64,000 nucleotides of DNA. Origin: an uncultured Clostridia bacterium. Its GTDB lineage: Bacteria; Bacillota; Clostridia; UBA1212. Below are positions 53,311 through 63,334 of this stretch, piece after piece. The position numbers and the translations under genes are program-made. The notes beneath the pieces were generated by a model, which searched no databases, was not told the origin of the DNA, and saw only the letters and a program-made list of their open reading frames with translations. The stretch covers positions 998 through 64,997 of the forward strand of contig CAMZBI010000006.1 of assembly GCA_947304585.1 (NCBI GenBank), written 5' to 3'. Positions within the stretch are counted from its first letter, which is position 1, and every line of letters starts with the position of its first letter.

Positions 53311-53689
53311 AGGCACCGCCTCCTTTCTCGAAGCCTCGAGTGGAGGGAAAAGAAACTTTTTAGCTCCACTCGTAAGAATGGAGCAACCGCCACCGTTATG
53401 GTGTCCCCCGGGTCGAATTAGTGACCGTGATTATTGTATCATTTCAGTTCACGACAATCATTCACAAAAGTGTTTCCAAAAATGTCGAATCGGTTTGTTC
53501 ACCTAAATATGCGTTTAATTTCGTGTTATTGCGATTTTCCTTTTCCGCTGTGTTTTTCAGCTTTTCTCAATCTTTTAAAAACTGCGAACAAATTTAAAAA
53601 TGCCGAATGGAAGTTGACAATTAATAGTAATCAGCGAAGAGTGAATATTATAGTGAAACTGCGCGGATCGCGACTCAGTCGCACCGCAC

Positions 53690-53728
53690 AGCAACCACTG
53701 TCCACTGTTCACTGGTAACTGTTCACTG
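53690..53728 (-). repeat. Heptamer run related to the 38.9-39.3 kb array
   Basis: Minus strand cagtgaa-cagttac-cagtgaa-cagtgga-cagtggt. Confidence 0.7.
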
Positions 53729-53774
53729 CGTTGAAATCGTGCGCTAAAAGCGTCCTAAGTGTGATTTCAACGCC

Positions 53775-55214
53775 TTAAATGCGCACGATTTCAACGCCCA
53801 GCGCTTCCGCAATCTTCACGATCGTCCCGGCCTTGTGGCCGATGCCAAGAGCATAGTGGTGTGTCGGACCTTCCATGACCCAGCGCTTCACGAATTCCCT
53901 GGTGTCCGGCGGGAAGAAGCCTCTTGTGTTGGTGTTGCCGGTGGGCGGGATGGGGCCGTGTTTCGACTCACCTTCGCCGACCACAAACTTGAAGCCTGTC
54001 CGGGTCTGGGTCAGACCCAGTATGGTGATGGGGCCCTCTTTCAGCTTGAACTCAACGGAGGCGCCGGAGCCGGGCTTGCCATGGAACTTTTTGAGACTTC
54101 GAAGGACCGGCTTTCCCTCGGCAACCGCGATGTGGTGGGGGCCGTCGTGACCAACAAAAATGAAGTTTTCGTCAAAATCAAAGGGGTGGAATTCGGCGAA
54201 ACTGCCGCCCATGCCAAGTCTGTCCATAATGAACATGGCAATCAGGGTCTTGATGTCGAATTCGCCGCACATGGGGATGCCCTTGGCGTTGAGGATGGAA
54301 TTGCCGGCGATGAAGGAACTCACAAGGTCCCGCTGAGGGGAGCCGGGGAGGCCGTTGTAGTAGTAGGCGAGGCCCGAAAGGTCGTATTCCTTGACGAATT
54401 TTGAGAGGGTGACGGCGGTTCTGGAGGCTTTTTCCAGGTCCTTTTCGGTAAGTTTTTCGGTAATCGGGTCTGAGACCGGGTCAGGGGTGTCAAAAGTCTC
54501 AAGGATCAGCTGCCTCATCGAAGCGGTTTCCGCTTCTGTCACGGTCTCGCTGACCTTCAGTATATCGTCGATCTCCAGCAGGGGGACGTGGACCCCGAAG
54601 GCGGCGGCAATTGCCGTGGGGTCTGCATGCATGTCGTACATCGATTCCAGCACGTGGCCGATGAGGCCGAAGCGGGCGCCCCGGAGGCTGTGGAGCACGT
54701 TGGCGATGTCGCACCATTCCCTGATCTCAGCCAATGCCTTTTGATCGCCGTGAAGCTTGCCGATGATCACGTCCGAGATCTTCTTGCCCATTCGCACCGT
54801 AACGCCGGTAAACTCGGGAACGGAGCAGATGCAGTCGTTTTCAAGCTGTTCTCTTGTGTTGGCGGTTGTGTAGTCAAGGTGACTCTTGGGCTGGAGGGCG
54901 ATCAGCACCACCGGAACTTCAGCCTCCCTCATAATTGGGGCGAAGACGGAGGAAGTGGCGTAGGTCAGCATGTTGCAGAAAAGAACGTCGACCCCGTCGC
55001 TTTTCGCTTTGCGGGACACCTCGAAGGCTTTGGCGTTGGAGTCCACCATTCCGTAGTCAAAAATCTCTGCGCCAAAAGACGCGACCGTGCACTTGAGTTC
55101 CTCATGGTACTTCATGAGGCTGTCCAAAAGGCCTTCAAACTGGTCCCAGTAGACGCTGTGGCCAACGCCAAAGAGTCCGATCCTTGCCGGCTCCGTTTTA
55201 ATCCGTTCGATCAT
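53775..55214 (-). CDS. L-fucose/L-arabinose isomerase family protein
   Basis: YWDQFEGL, MYDM, GEFDIK, FAEF, GHDGP, GPTHH.A.G.GH. Confidence 0.85.
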   Translation of the reverse strand: MIERIKTEPARIGLFGVGHSVYWDQFEGLLDSLMKYHEELKCTVASFGAEIFDYGMVDSNAKAFEVSRKAKSDGVDVLFCNMLTYATSSVFAPIMREAEVPVVLIALQPKSHLDYTTANTREQLENDCICSVPEFTGVTVRMGKKISDVIIGKLHGDQKALAEIREWCDIANVLHSLRGARFGLIGHVLESMYDMHADPTAIAAAFGVHVPLLEIDDILKVSETVTEAETASMRQLILETFDTPDPVSDPITEKLTEKDLEKASRTAVTLSKFVKEYDLSGLAYYYNGLPGSPQRDLVSSFIAGNSILNAKGIPMCGEFDIKTLIAMFIMDRLGMGGSFAEFHPFDFDENFIFVGHDGPHHIAVAEGKPVLRSLKKFHGKPGSGASVEFKLKEGPITILGLTQTRTGFKFVVGEGESKHGPIPPTGNTNTRGFFPPDTREFVKRWVMEGPTHHYALGIGHKAGTIVKIAEALGVEIVRI

Positions 55215-55217
55215 TTT

Positions 55218-56402
55218 TTACCTTCCTTTACGCAAAATGTCGTAGAATGTATTTCTGAGAGGCGCGATAAAAGCGTCATGGTTTGCAGGCGAGTGCTGGT
55301 GCATGTACAAAAACCACACACCGTCATTCGGCGACACAAAGAACCAGGTGCCGAGAGCTCCCGACCAGCCCCATTCGCCAATGGCCCCCGAAGAAGCTTC
55401 CTTGTCCTGGACTCTGACGCCAAGCCCGAAGGTGTGCTCCGGACCGGAGATGGAGGGATCGCCGTGGGGGTCGTTGTAGCAGGCCCGCTGGGAGGCGGTG
55501 AGGGCAGGAGTGACCATTTGCCGGATCGTCTCAGGCTTCAGAAGGCCTTTTGAAGGCGCCAGCATTTCCGCCAAAAACAGGGCATAATCCCTTGCGGTGC
55601 CCACAAGTCCCGAGCCGCCGGAGAAGACACCGAAATCTTCCGTTCCTTCAAATGCGGGTATCGGAACCGGTCTCGGGGGCAGGGGAATGTTTACGTATCT
55701 TCCGTTTATAAAGGCGGTGTTTTCCGCAAGTCTCGGCCTTAGCTCCGCCGGCAGTTTCTGGAAGAAAAAAGTCTCCTTCATGCCAAGGGGCCCGAAAATA
55801 TGGTTTTCAAAATACTCGTCAAGCCTTTCCTCCGACAATATCTCAACAACAGCGCCAAGGACGTCGTGGGAGAGCCCGTAAAGATATTTCGCTCCCGGGT
55901 CAAAGGAGAGGGGAATACCTGCGATCTCTTTGGCAAATCCAACGGTGTCAAGGCCCTTGCCGGTCTTCAGTTTTTCACGCCAACTCTCCGCAAATGCAGC
56001 GGCCTTTCCGCTTCCGTCGGTGAGAAAATACGAAAGGCCGGAGGTCATGGTGAGGAGATTCCAAACTGTGATCTTCTCTGAGGCGGGCCTTTCATGGCCG
56101 TTTTCCCACACGGTGACGTTATTAAACTCGGGAATGAATTCATCGAGGTCGGCACCAAGATCCAGCAAGCCTTTTTCGACCAGCTGGAGAGCAGCGGTGA
56201 CGGTGAAGACTTTGGTCATGGAGTAGAGGTGAAAAAGAGTGTCCGCGCCAACCGGGTCATCAGCTCTTTCGCTTTTGGTTCCCTCGTAGTTCTCAAAAAA
56301 GATGCCATTTCTGTCGCCGCAGAGAAGGGCGTTCCCCGACGAAAAGCCCCGGTCGATTATCCTTTTTTGTTCTTCTGCAAGTCTTTTCCAGTCGTGATCC
56401 AT
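55218..56402 (-). CDS. Serine hydrolase, beta-lactamase/esterase family VIII-like
   Basis: SMTK (SxxK), LLTMTSGL, PG..Y.Y, WGWSGALGT; start 56402 or 56453. Confidence 0.88.
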   Translation of the reverse strand: MDHDWKRLAEEQKRIIDRGFSSGNALLCGDRNGIFFENYEGTKSERADDPVGADTLFHLYSMTKVFTVTAALQLVEKGLLDLGADLDEFIPEFNNVTVWENGHERPASEKITVWNLLTMTSGLSYFLTDGSGKAAAFAESWREKLKTGKGLDTVGFAKEIAGIPLSFDPGAKYLYGLSHDVLGAVVEILSEERLDEYFENHIFGPLGMKETFFFQKLPAELRPRLAENTAFINGRYVNIPLPPRPVPIPAFEGTEDFGVFSGGSGLVGTARDYALFLAEMLAPSKGLLKPETIRQMVTPALTASQRACYNDPHGDPSISGPEHTFGLGVRVQDKEASSGAIGEWGWSGALGTWFFVSPNDGVWFLYMHQHSPANHDAFIAPLRNTFYDILRKGR

Positions 56403-56568
56403 TGTTCCGTCCCGATTTCGGCAGGCTAAAGCATCAACTGAAGCCTCAGCCAAAGCGCCAATAAAGCTTTTGAAATTTTACCACCGGATCTTCCCACTGT
56501 CAATTTTAACGGGGTCACAGGTGCCAAAAAGACAGGCGACAAGGTCAGGCACCAAAGCAAATCCTTTG

Positions 56569-56597
56569 TTGACTTTACTTAACTAAAGTGTTACAAT
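56569..56597 (+). promoter_or_regulatory. his promoter with overlapping palindromic operator (HisR-like)
   Basis: TTGACT-17-TACAAT; ACTTTA-N6-TAAAGT at 56572-56589. Confidence 0.75.
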
Positions 56598-56677
56598 GAA
56601 AACTTGTTCCGCTCCGCAAAAGAAGGAGCGGGACCGTCACAAAACTGACGCCTGACACCAAAGGAGCGACTTTTGAG

Positions 56678-57601
56678 ATGGAGATAGACATTGGCGTTTT
56701 GTCGAAAAGCGAACAGTTGGCGCTGGCTTTGAGAACTCTTTATGCGAAAAAGGGTTATTCCTGCTACCGCATGAGCAGATTCGAGGAGCTGAGCCTTTAC
56801 ACGGACAACTTGGATTTTCTGGTGTCTCCGGACATTCTGACTTTCACGGACAGAAACGGAAGGCTGAAGGCGCTGAAACCCGACGTCACCCTTTCCATTG
56901 TGAAGAGCAGGGCGGACGATCCGACGGTTTTGGACAGGATCTGCTACAGCGAGAGCGTTTTCCGGGTGCCCAACGAGGCGGATTCCTTCAAGGAGATCTC
57001 CCAGACCGGGGTGGAGTGCATTGGCAATGTTACGGAGGACGACGTTGCGGAGGTGACCTGCCTTGCCTGCGAGAGCCTGGATATTATTTCGAAAGACAAT
57101 CTGCTTGTGGTCTCCGACCTGGACATCCTGAACAGGCTTATAACGGCGGCTTCGGAGAACGTTGACGTCAGAAAAAAACTTCTCGCCTTTGCAGGGCAGA
57201 AGAACGTTGCCGCAATTAATAAGCTGGCGGGAAGCGGTGAGATTCCGGAAATTATTGGCAAAGGTCTTTCATCCCTGCTTCTCCTCTCCGGCGAAAACGG
57301 CGAGGTGCTTGAGGATCTGAGAAAGATATGCAGCGGGTTTTCCTGGGGCGGTCTTGCGGAGGCTTTTTCGGCCACTGTAAACAAGGTCGAGGAAAAGCTG
57401 GGCAGTGACAGTTCAAAACTCAGGATCGATTTCTCGGTCACCGGCGATCTGAAATATTACAACGGAATCGTCTTCCGGGGATTTGTAAAGGGCATCCACA
57501 CAGGGGTGTTGACCGGCGGAAGATACGACGGTCTTATGGCAAAACTGGGGAAAAAATCAAAGGCCATCGGTTTTGCGGTGAGGACCGACATACTGAGCTG
57601 A
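56678..57601 (+). CDS. hisZ: ATP phosphoribosyltransferase regulatory subunit
   Basis: ALKPDVT, E..Q.GVE.IG, YYNGIVF, GGRYD..AIGF; precedes short hisG. Confidence 0.9.
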   Translation: MEIDIGVLSKSEQLALALRTLYAKKGYSCYRMSRFEELSLYTDNLDFLVSPDILTFTDRNGRLKALKPDVTLSIVKSRADDPTVLDRICYSESVFRVPNEADSFKEISQTGVECIGNVTEDDVAEVTCLACESLDIISKDNLLVVSDLDILNRLITAASENVDVRKKLLAFAGQKNVAAINKLAGSGEIPEIIGKGLSSLLLLSGENGEVLEDLRKICSGFSWGGLAEAFSATVNKVEEKLGSDSSKLRIDFSVTGDLKYYNGIVFRGFVKGIHTGVLTGGRYDGLMAKLGKKSKAIGFAVRTDILS

Positions 57602-57616
57602 CCGGGGGAGGGAGTT

Positions 57617-58264
57617 ATGGAAGATTATCTGAGCGTGGCTCTTCCCAAGGGCAGGCTGGGAGAAAAGGTGCTTCAGCTTTTCAAAAAGGCGGGCATCGCG
57701 GATATAGACATTGAGAAGGCGGGCAGGAAGCTTTGCATCGAGGACGAGGCGGCAAAGCTCCGGTTCATTCTGGTGAAGCCCTACGACTCGGCTGTTTTCG
57801 TTGAGCGGGGGGCGGCGGACGTTGGCGTCTGCGGGTACGACGTGCTTGCGGAGCAGCACTCCGACGTCTACGAGCTGCTGGACCTGGGCTTTGGCAAGTG
57901 CGCCATGTGCGTTGCGGCGCCGAAGGGTTTCGTTGACGCCAATGCAGGTCCTCTCAAAGTGGCTACGAAATACGCCAATGCCGCGGAGGAGTATTTTTCC
58001 TCAAAGGGCAGGGACATCGACGTTATAAAGCTGAACGGTTCCATTGAGCCGGCGCCGATGCTGGGCCTTTCGGACGTGATATTTGACATTGTGGAGACCG
58101 GCAGCACTCTCCGGGAGAACCGCCTGGAGGTGGTGGAGAAGGCCTTTGACGTAAGCGCCAGGTTTATCGCCAACAAGGCTTCCTACAATTTCAGGAACAA
58201 AGAGATCAGGACCATCGCAGACAGGCTGGCAAAGGCGGCAGCCGAAATGCAGGAGCAGAATTAA
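57617..58264 (+). CDS. hisG: ATP phosphoribosyltransferase, short form
   Basis: ALPKGR, VATKY, LNGSIE, DIVETGSTL. Confidence 0.95.
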   Translation: MEDYLSVALPKGRLGEKVLQLFKKAGIADIDIEKAGRKLCIEDEAAKLRFILVKPYDSAVFVERGAADVGVCGYDVLAEQHSDVYELLDLGFGKCAMCVAAPKGFVDANAGPLKVATKYANAAEEYFSSKGRDIDVIKLNGSIEPAPMLGLSDVIFDIVETGSTLRENRLEVVEKAFDVSARFIANKASYNFRNKEIRTIADRLAKAAAEMQEQN

Positions 58265-59548
58265 ATGAAGATTTTCAGAGGTTTTGAAAAAGAAGCGGCT
58301 GACATCCTTGAGAAGAGGTTCGGAAAAGGAAACGTCAGAGAGACTGTGGCGGAGATCATCGCCAACGTGGCTCAAAAGGGCGACGCGGCGTTGCTGGATT
58401 ATACCGAAAAATTCGACAAAGTAAGGCTTGACTCCCTCAAAGTGTCCGAAGGCGAGACCGAAGAGGCTTTGAAGACGGTGGCTCCGGAGTTCTTAACGGT
58501 GCTCCGGAAGGCTGCAGAGAATATAAAGGAATTTCACAGCGCCCAGGTCCGCAAAGGCTTTGAACTTAATACCAGACCCGGAGTGGTCATGGGCCAGAAG
58601 GTGGTGCCCCTGGAAAAGGTTGGCATCTACGTGCCCGGCGGAACGGCCGCCTATCCCTCAACTGTTCTGATGAACGTTATTCCCGCAAAAATAGCGGGGG
58701 TCAGGGATGTCTTCATAGTCTCCCCTCCGGGACCTGACGGAAAAGTAAAGCCGGAGATAGTCGCAGCCGCAAAAGTTGCCGGCGCCGACGCAATCTTCAA
58801 GGTGGGAGGCGCCCAGGCTGTGGCGGCCCTGGCCTACGGCACCGAAACCATACCGAAAGTCGACAAGATCACGGGTCCCGGCAACTCCTTCGTGGCGGAG
58901 GCCAAACGCCAGGTCTTCGGCAGGGTCGCCATCGACATGATCGCAGGGCCCAGCGAAATACTGGTCATTGCTGACGAGAAGGCGGACCCGGAGATCATTG
59001 CCGCGGATCTTCTTTCCCAGGCGGAGCACGACAGGCTGGCGGCGTCCATTCTGGTCACCACTTCCGAAACCGTTGCAAAGCAGACGGAAGAGGCGGTGAA
59101 AAGGCAGCTCCGGGAGCTTCCCCGGGCGGAGATCGCAGGGGCATCCGTTGAAAACAACTGCCTGCTGATAGTCTGCGGGAGCCTTGACGAGGCCGTTGAC
59201 ATTGCCAATGAGATCGCTCCTGAACACCTTGAGCTCCTTGTGGAGGATCCCTTCGCCTGCTTTGACAAGGTGAAAAACGCAGGCTCCGTATTTCTCGGGA
59301 GAAACTGCCCGGAGGCCCTTGGCGACTATATGGCAGGTCCAAACCACACCCTCCCGACAGGAGGCACAGCCCGCTTCTCCAGTCCTCTTTCAGTGGATGA
59401 CTTTGTAAAGAAAATACAGTACTCCTGCTTCTCGGACGAGGCTTTGGATGCGATCTACGGGGACGTGGCATATTTTGCAAGGCAGGAAGGCCTTGAGGCC
59501 CACGCCAGAAGCGCCGAGATAAGGTCAAAAAGAAAGAAACAAAGCTGA
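58265..59548 (+). CDS. hisD: Histidinol dehydrogenase
   Basis: YVPGG, GGAQA, GPGN, IAGPSE, SQAEH, APEHL, GPNHTLPT. Confidence 0.97.
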   Translation: MKIFRGFEKEAADILEKRFGKGNVRETVAEIIANVAQKGDAALLDYTEKFDKVRLDSLKVSEGETEEALKTVAPEFLTVLRKAAENIKEFHSAQVRKGFELNTRPGVVMGQKVVPLEKVGIYVPGGTAAYPSTVLMNVIPAKIAGVRDVFIVSPPGPDGKVKPEIVAAAKVAGADAIFKVGGAQAVAALAYGTETIPKVDKITGPGNSFVAEAKRQVFGRVAIDMIAGPSEILVIADEKADPEIIAADLLSQAEHDRLAASILVTTSETVAKQTEEAVKRQLRELPRAEIAGASVENNCLLIVCGSLDEAVDIANEIAPEHLELLVEDPFACFDKVKNAGSVFLGRNCPEALGDYMAGPNHTLPTGGTARFSSPLSVDDFVKKIQYSCFSDEALDAIYGDVAYFARQEGLEAHARSAEIRSKRKKQS

Positions 59549-59566
59549 AGAATCGAGAGGTTTCAA

Positions 59567-60634
59567 ATGAGCCGCTATTTTTCGGAAAAATACAAAAATC
59601 TTACGCCTTACACCCCCGGCGAGCAGCCGGGCACCCGGGACTTTGTGAAGCTCAACACCAACGAGAGTCCTTTCCCGCCGTCGCCCCTTGCCGTAAAGCT
59701 TGCTGAGGAGGCCGCCCGGAACCTGAACCTTTATTCAGACCCGGAGCTCAAAAAGATAAGGGCTGAGCTTTCAGGCCGCCTTGGCGTAGGCATGGAGAAC
59801 GTGATCTGCGGCAACGGCTCCGACGAGATCCTGGACCTTGCTTTCGCGGCGTTTTGCGACAAAAACCGCCCCGCAGTGTTCCCGGACATCACCTACGGCT
59901 TTTATCCGGTGTTCGCAGAAGTAAATCAGGTGCCATATAAAGAAGTGCCGCTGTTTGAGGATCTTACGGTGGACGTTGATGGTCTGATCAATACAAAAGG
60001 AAACGTTTTTATCGCCAATCCCAACGCCCCCACAGGCATTTTCCTGGGCCTTGACCGGATAGAAGAAATACTGAGAGCGAAAAAGGACAGCGTGGTGATC
60101 GTTGACGAGGCATACGTTGATTTTGGCGGGGAGTCGGCGGTGCCGCTCATCGAAAAGTATCCCAACCTTTTGGTCACCGGAACTTTTTCGAAATCAAGGT
60201 CTCTTGCGGGAGGAAGGCTTGGCTTCGGCATCGGAAACAAAGAACTGATAAACGACCTCAATACCCTCAGGTATTCCCGGAATCCCTACAACGTCAACTC
60301 CATGACGGAGATGGCGGGGGTGGGAGCCCTGCGGGACGATGAATACATGAAGAAAAATGCGGAGACCGTCAAGGCGACCCGGGCATATCTCACGGAAGAA
60401 CTGAGAAAGCTGGGCTTTTACCTGCCGGACTCCTCCGCCAATTTCGTTTTTGCGGAAAAGAAGGGCTTTGGCGGGGCATACCTTTACGAAGAACTGAAAA
60501 AAAGAAAGATCCTTGTGAGGCATTTTTCAAAACCCAGGATCGACAGCTTCCTGAGGATCACTGTCGGAACGATGGAGCAGACGGACATTCTGCTCAAAGC
60601 ACTTAAAAATATCATTTCACGACCGGGGGATTGA
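59567..60634 (+). CDS. hisC: Histidinol-phosphate aminotransferase
   Basis: KLNTNE, GNGSDE, NPNAPTG, DEAY, TFSK. Confidence 0.95.
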   Translation: MSRYFSEKYKNLTPYTPGEQPGTRDFVKLNTNESPFPPSPLAVKLAEEAARNLNLYSDPELKKIRAELSGRLGVGMENVICGNGSDEILDLAFAAFCDKNRPAVFPDITYGFYPVFAEVNQVPYKEVPLFEDLTVDVDGLINTKGNVFIANPNAPTGIFLGLDRIEEILRAKKDSVVIVDEAYVDFGGESAVPLIEKYPNLLVTGTFSKSRSLAGGRLGFGIGNKELINDLNTLRYSRNPYNVNSMTEMAGVGALRDDEYMKKNAETVKATRAYLTEELRKLGFYLPDSSANFVFAEKKGFGGAYLYEELKKRKILVRHFSKPRIDSFLRITVGTMEQTDILLKALKNIISRPGD

Positions 60635-60636
60635 CT

Positions 60637-61227
60637 ATGAGAACTGCGGAATTTTCGAGGAAAACCAAGGAAACTGACATAAAGCTGAAGCTTTCGCTGG
60701 ACGGCTGCGGAATTTTTAAAGGGGAGACCGGCTGCGGCTTCCTTGACCATATGATGAGCGCCTTCTGCAAGCACAGCAGGTTTGACATCGAGCTTGAGGC
60801 AGTTGGCGACACCCAGGTGGACTATCACCACCTCACCGAGGACATCGGGATCGCTCTCGGGACTGCATACAAAAACGCTCTCGGCGACATGAAGGGGATA
60901 TCCAGGTACGGTTTTTTCATATTGCCAATGGACGAGGCTCTGATACTTTCCGCCGTCGACATCTCGGGAAGGGCGCTTTCATGCATTTCCCTGAACATAC
61001 TTGCCGAGCAGATCGGCAACGGCTTTGATACAGAACTCTGCGAGGAGTTCTGGGTGGCGTTTGCAAGGAGTGCGCTTATTACCCTCCACATCCGCCAGCT
61101 TACGGGAAGCAATTCCCACCACATCATAGAAGCGGTGTTCAAGTCCTGCGCCAAGAGCCTCAAACAGGCGGCGGCCTTCGATGAGACCATGAAGGGCGAG
61201 ATACCCTCGTCAAAAGGAGTCCTGTGA
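60637..61227 (+). CDS. hisB: Imidazoleglycerol-phosphate dehydratase
   Basis: RKTKET, FLDHM, DYHH.TED, PMDE, NSHHIIE. Confidence 0.96.
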   Translation: MRTAEFSRKTKETDIKLKLSLDGCGIFKGETGCGFLDHMMSAFCKHSRFDIELEAVGDTQVDYHHLTEDIGIALGTAYKNALGDMKGISRYGFFILPMDEALILSAVDISGRALSCISLNILAEQIGNGFDTELCEEFWVAFARSALITLHIRQLTGSNSHHIIEAVFKSCAKSLKQAAAFDETMKGEIPSSKGVL

Positions 61228-61838
61228 TGATCGCAGTCATTGATTACGGCGTGGGCAATCTTTTCTCCCTCGCCTGTTCGCTGAAGGCCATTGGCGCTGA
61301 CTGCGCGGTGACCGGGGACAGGAAGGTGATCGCAGGGGCTGAAGGGATAATACTTCCGGGGGTTGGCGCTTTCGGGGATGCGGCTGCAAAACTAAGGGAG
61401 ACTGGACTTGGTGACGCTGTAAAAGGGGAGGTCCGGAAAGGAAAAAAGCTACTGGGGATCTGCCTCGGCATGCAGCTTCTTTTCGAAAACAGCTTCGAGT
61501 ACGGCTGTCACGAGGGCCTGGGGCTTCTCAAGGGTGGCGTAAGACCTCTGAAGGAGCTTATGAGCGAAGACCTGCCGGTGCCCCACATGGGCTGGAATTC
61601 CCTTGTGCTGACCGGTGATTCCCCTATTTTTAGAGAGACAAAGGAAGGCGCCTTCGTCTATTTCGTCCACTCCTATGCGGCGGTGCCCGAGGACGGTTCA
61701 TTGGCGGCTTACTGCGAATACGGCGGGAAGATCACCGCCGGTGTGTCAAAGGACAACGTCTTCGGTTGCCAGTTTCACCCGGAGAAGAGCGGCCGGGAGG
61801 GGCTCAAAATCCTTGACGCTTTTATGAAGATCAAATGA
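61227..61838 (+). CDS. hisH: IGP synthase glutaminase subunit
   Basis: DYGVGN, LPGVG, GICLGMQ, PHMGWN, QFHPEKS. Confidence 0.96.
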   Translation: MIAVIDYGVGNLFSLACSLKAIGADCAVTGDRKVIAGAEGIILPGVGAFGDAAAKLRETGLGDAVKGEVRKGKKLLGICLGMQLLFENSFEYGCHEGLGLLKGGVRPLKELMSEDLPVPHMGWNSLVLTGDSPIFRETKEGAFVYFVHSYAAVPEDGSLAAYCEYGGKITAGVSKDNVFGCQFHPEKSGREGLKILDAFMKIK

Positions 61839-61851
61839 AACGGAGAAGGAA

Positions 61852-62562
61852 ATGATCATTTTTCCCGCTTGCGACATATACCGCGGAAAATGCGTAAGGC
61901 TCCGCAAGGGCAATTACGACGACATGACGGTGTACTCCGATGACCCGCCAATGCAGGCCTACCTGTTTGCGGCCCTTGGCGCAAAATACTTACACATTGT
62001 TGACCTTGAGGGAGCAAGGGATGGCGTTCCCGCAAACTTTGAGGTCATCGCAGAGATGAAGAAAAGATCAGGCCTTTTCTGCCAGACCGGCGGAGGGATC
62101 AGAAGCATCGAAACCGTGAGAAAATACGTCTCCGCGGGCATCGACAGGGTGATCCTGGGCACCTCGGCGGCAGCGGGAGGTATCCTCGAGGAAGCGGTCG
62201 GTGAGTTTGGCGAAAGGATCGCGGTGTCCTGCGACATAAAAGACGGTTTTGTCTCCGTGAAGGGTTGGACCGAGAGCTCGGGGCTCACCGCAGACGGCTT
62301 TTTGAAGAAGATCACCGGTGCCGGGGTCAGGACAGTCGTTGTCACCGACGTTTCAAAAGACGGTATGCTGAAGGGACCGAATTTTGATCTTTACCGCAGA
62401 ATTACGGAAAAATTTGATATCGACGTGATCGCTTCCGGCGGTGTTTCTTCTGCGGAGGACGTCCGGAAACTGAAAGAAGCAGGGGTCTACGGGGCCATTA
62501 TCGGCAAGGCCTACTACGACGGAGCCCTGGACATCGAAGAGTGTATTGAGGCTGCAAAATGA
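61852..62562 (+). CDS. hisA: ProFAR isomerase
   Basis: PACD..GKCVRL, HIVDL, GGGIR, TDVSKDG, ASGG. Confidence 0.95.
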   Translation: MIIFPACDIYRGKCVRLRKGNYDDMTVYSDDPPMQAYLFAALGAKYLHIVDLEGARDGVPANFEVIAEMKKRSGLFCQTGGGIRSIETVRKYVSAGIDRVILGTSAAAGGILEEAVGEFGERIAVSCDIKDGFVSVKGWTESSGLTADGFLKKITGAGVRTVVVTDVSKDGMLKGPNFDLYRRITEKFDIDVIASGGVSSAEDVRKLKEAGVYGAIIGKAYYDGALDIEECIEAAK

Positions 62563-63317
62563 TAACCAAGAGGATCATTCCCTGCCTTGACGTCAAGGAC
62601 GGAAGAGTCGTTAAAGGCATCAATTTTAAGAATACGGTGGACGTGGACGACCCCTCGGCCCTGGCCGCTTACTACACGGAGTGCGGCGCAGACGAGCTGG
62701 TCTTTTACGATATTACCGCTTCCGCCGAGGAACGGAAGATATTTACGCAGTTTCTTACGGAGACCGCAAGCCACGTGTTTATTCCCATGACGGTTGGCGG
62801 CGGGATAGAGTCCTTGGCGGATTTCGAAAGGGTCCTCTCCTGCGGCGCCGACAAGGTGAGCGTGAACAGCGGAGGCTTCAAGAACCCGTCCCTTTTCCGG
62901 GAGGCTGCAATGCTTTACGGAAACCAGTGCGTGGTGCTGTCCGTTGACGTTAAAAGGGTCAGCGGTGAGTTCCGGGTGTTCGTCAAGGGCGGCCGGGAGG
63001 ACACCGGCGTTGAGGCCCTTTGTTGGATAAAAAGATGCGTCTCAGAAGGCGCCGGGGAAGTGGTGGTAAACTCCATCGACACCGACGGCGTGAAAAAAGG
63101 TTTTGACATTGAACTGCTGGCAAAAGTGGTGGATGCCGTCAACGTGCCGGTGATAGCTTCGGGCGGCGCCGGCTCTGTGGATGATTTCATCGAGCTTTTT
63201 GAAAAGGTGCCCGGCATAAGCGCAGGCCTTGCGGCTTCCGTATTCCACCGGAAAGAGATAAATATTCAGGATCTTAAGAAGAAAATGGCCGAAAAAGGCA
63301 TTCCTGTGAGGCTGTAA
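62559..63317 (+). CDS. hisF: IGP synthase cyclase subunit
   Basis: [37 protein letters not shown]. Confidence 0.97.
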   Translation: MITKRIIPCLDVKDGRVVKGINFKNTVDVDDPSALAAYYTECGADELVFYDITASAEERKIFTQFLTETASHVFIPMTVGGGIESLADFERVLSCGADKVSVNSGGFKNPSLFREAAMLYGNQCVVLSVDVKRVSGEFRVFVKGGREDTGVEALCWIKRCVSEGAGEVVVNSIDTDGVKKGFDIELLAKVVDAVNVPVIASGGAGSVDDFIELFEKVPGISAGLAASVFHRKEINIQDLKKKMAEKGIPVRL

Positions 63318-63334
63318 ACCTTGGGGAGGACGGT

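Noticed and set aside
53207..53506. 99-aa plus-strand ORF
   Set aside because: No RBS and starts just after a terminator; antisense to the better-supported 37-aa peptide.
55218..56402. Bona fide beta-lactam resistance gene
   Set aside because: No signal peptide and WGWSG instead of KTG; more like cytoplasmic family VIII esterases.
47667..56500. Prophage or integrative element at tRNA-His
   Set aside because: No integrase, phage or conjugation genes and no duplicated tRNA 3' end found.
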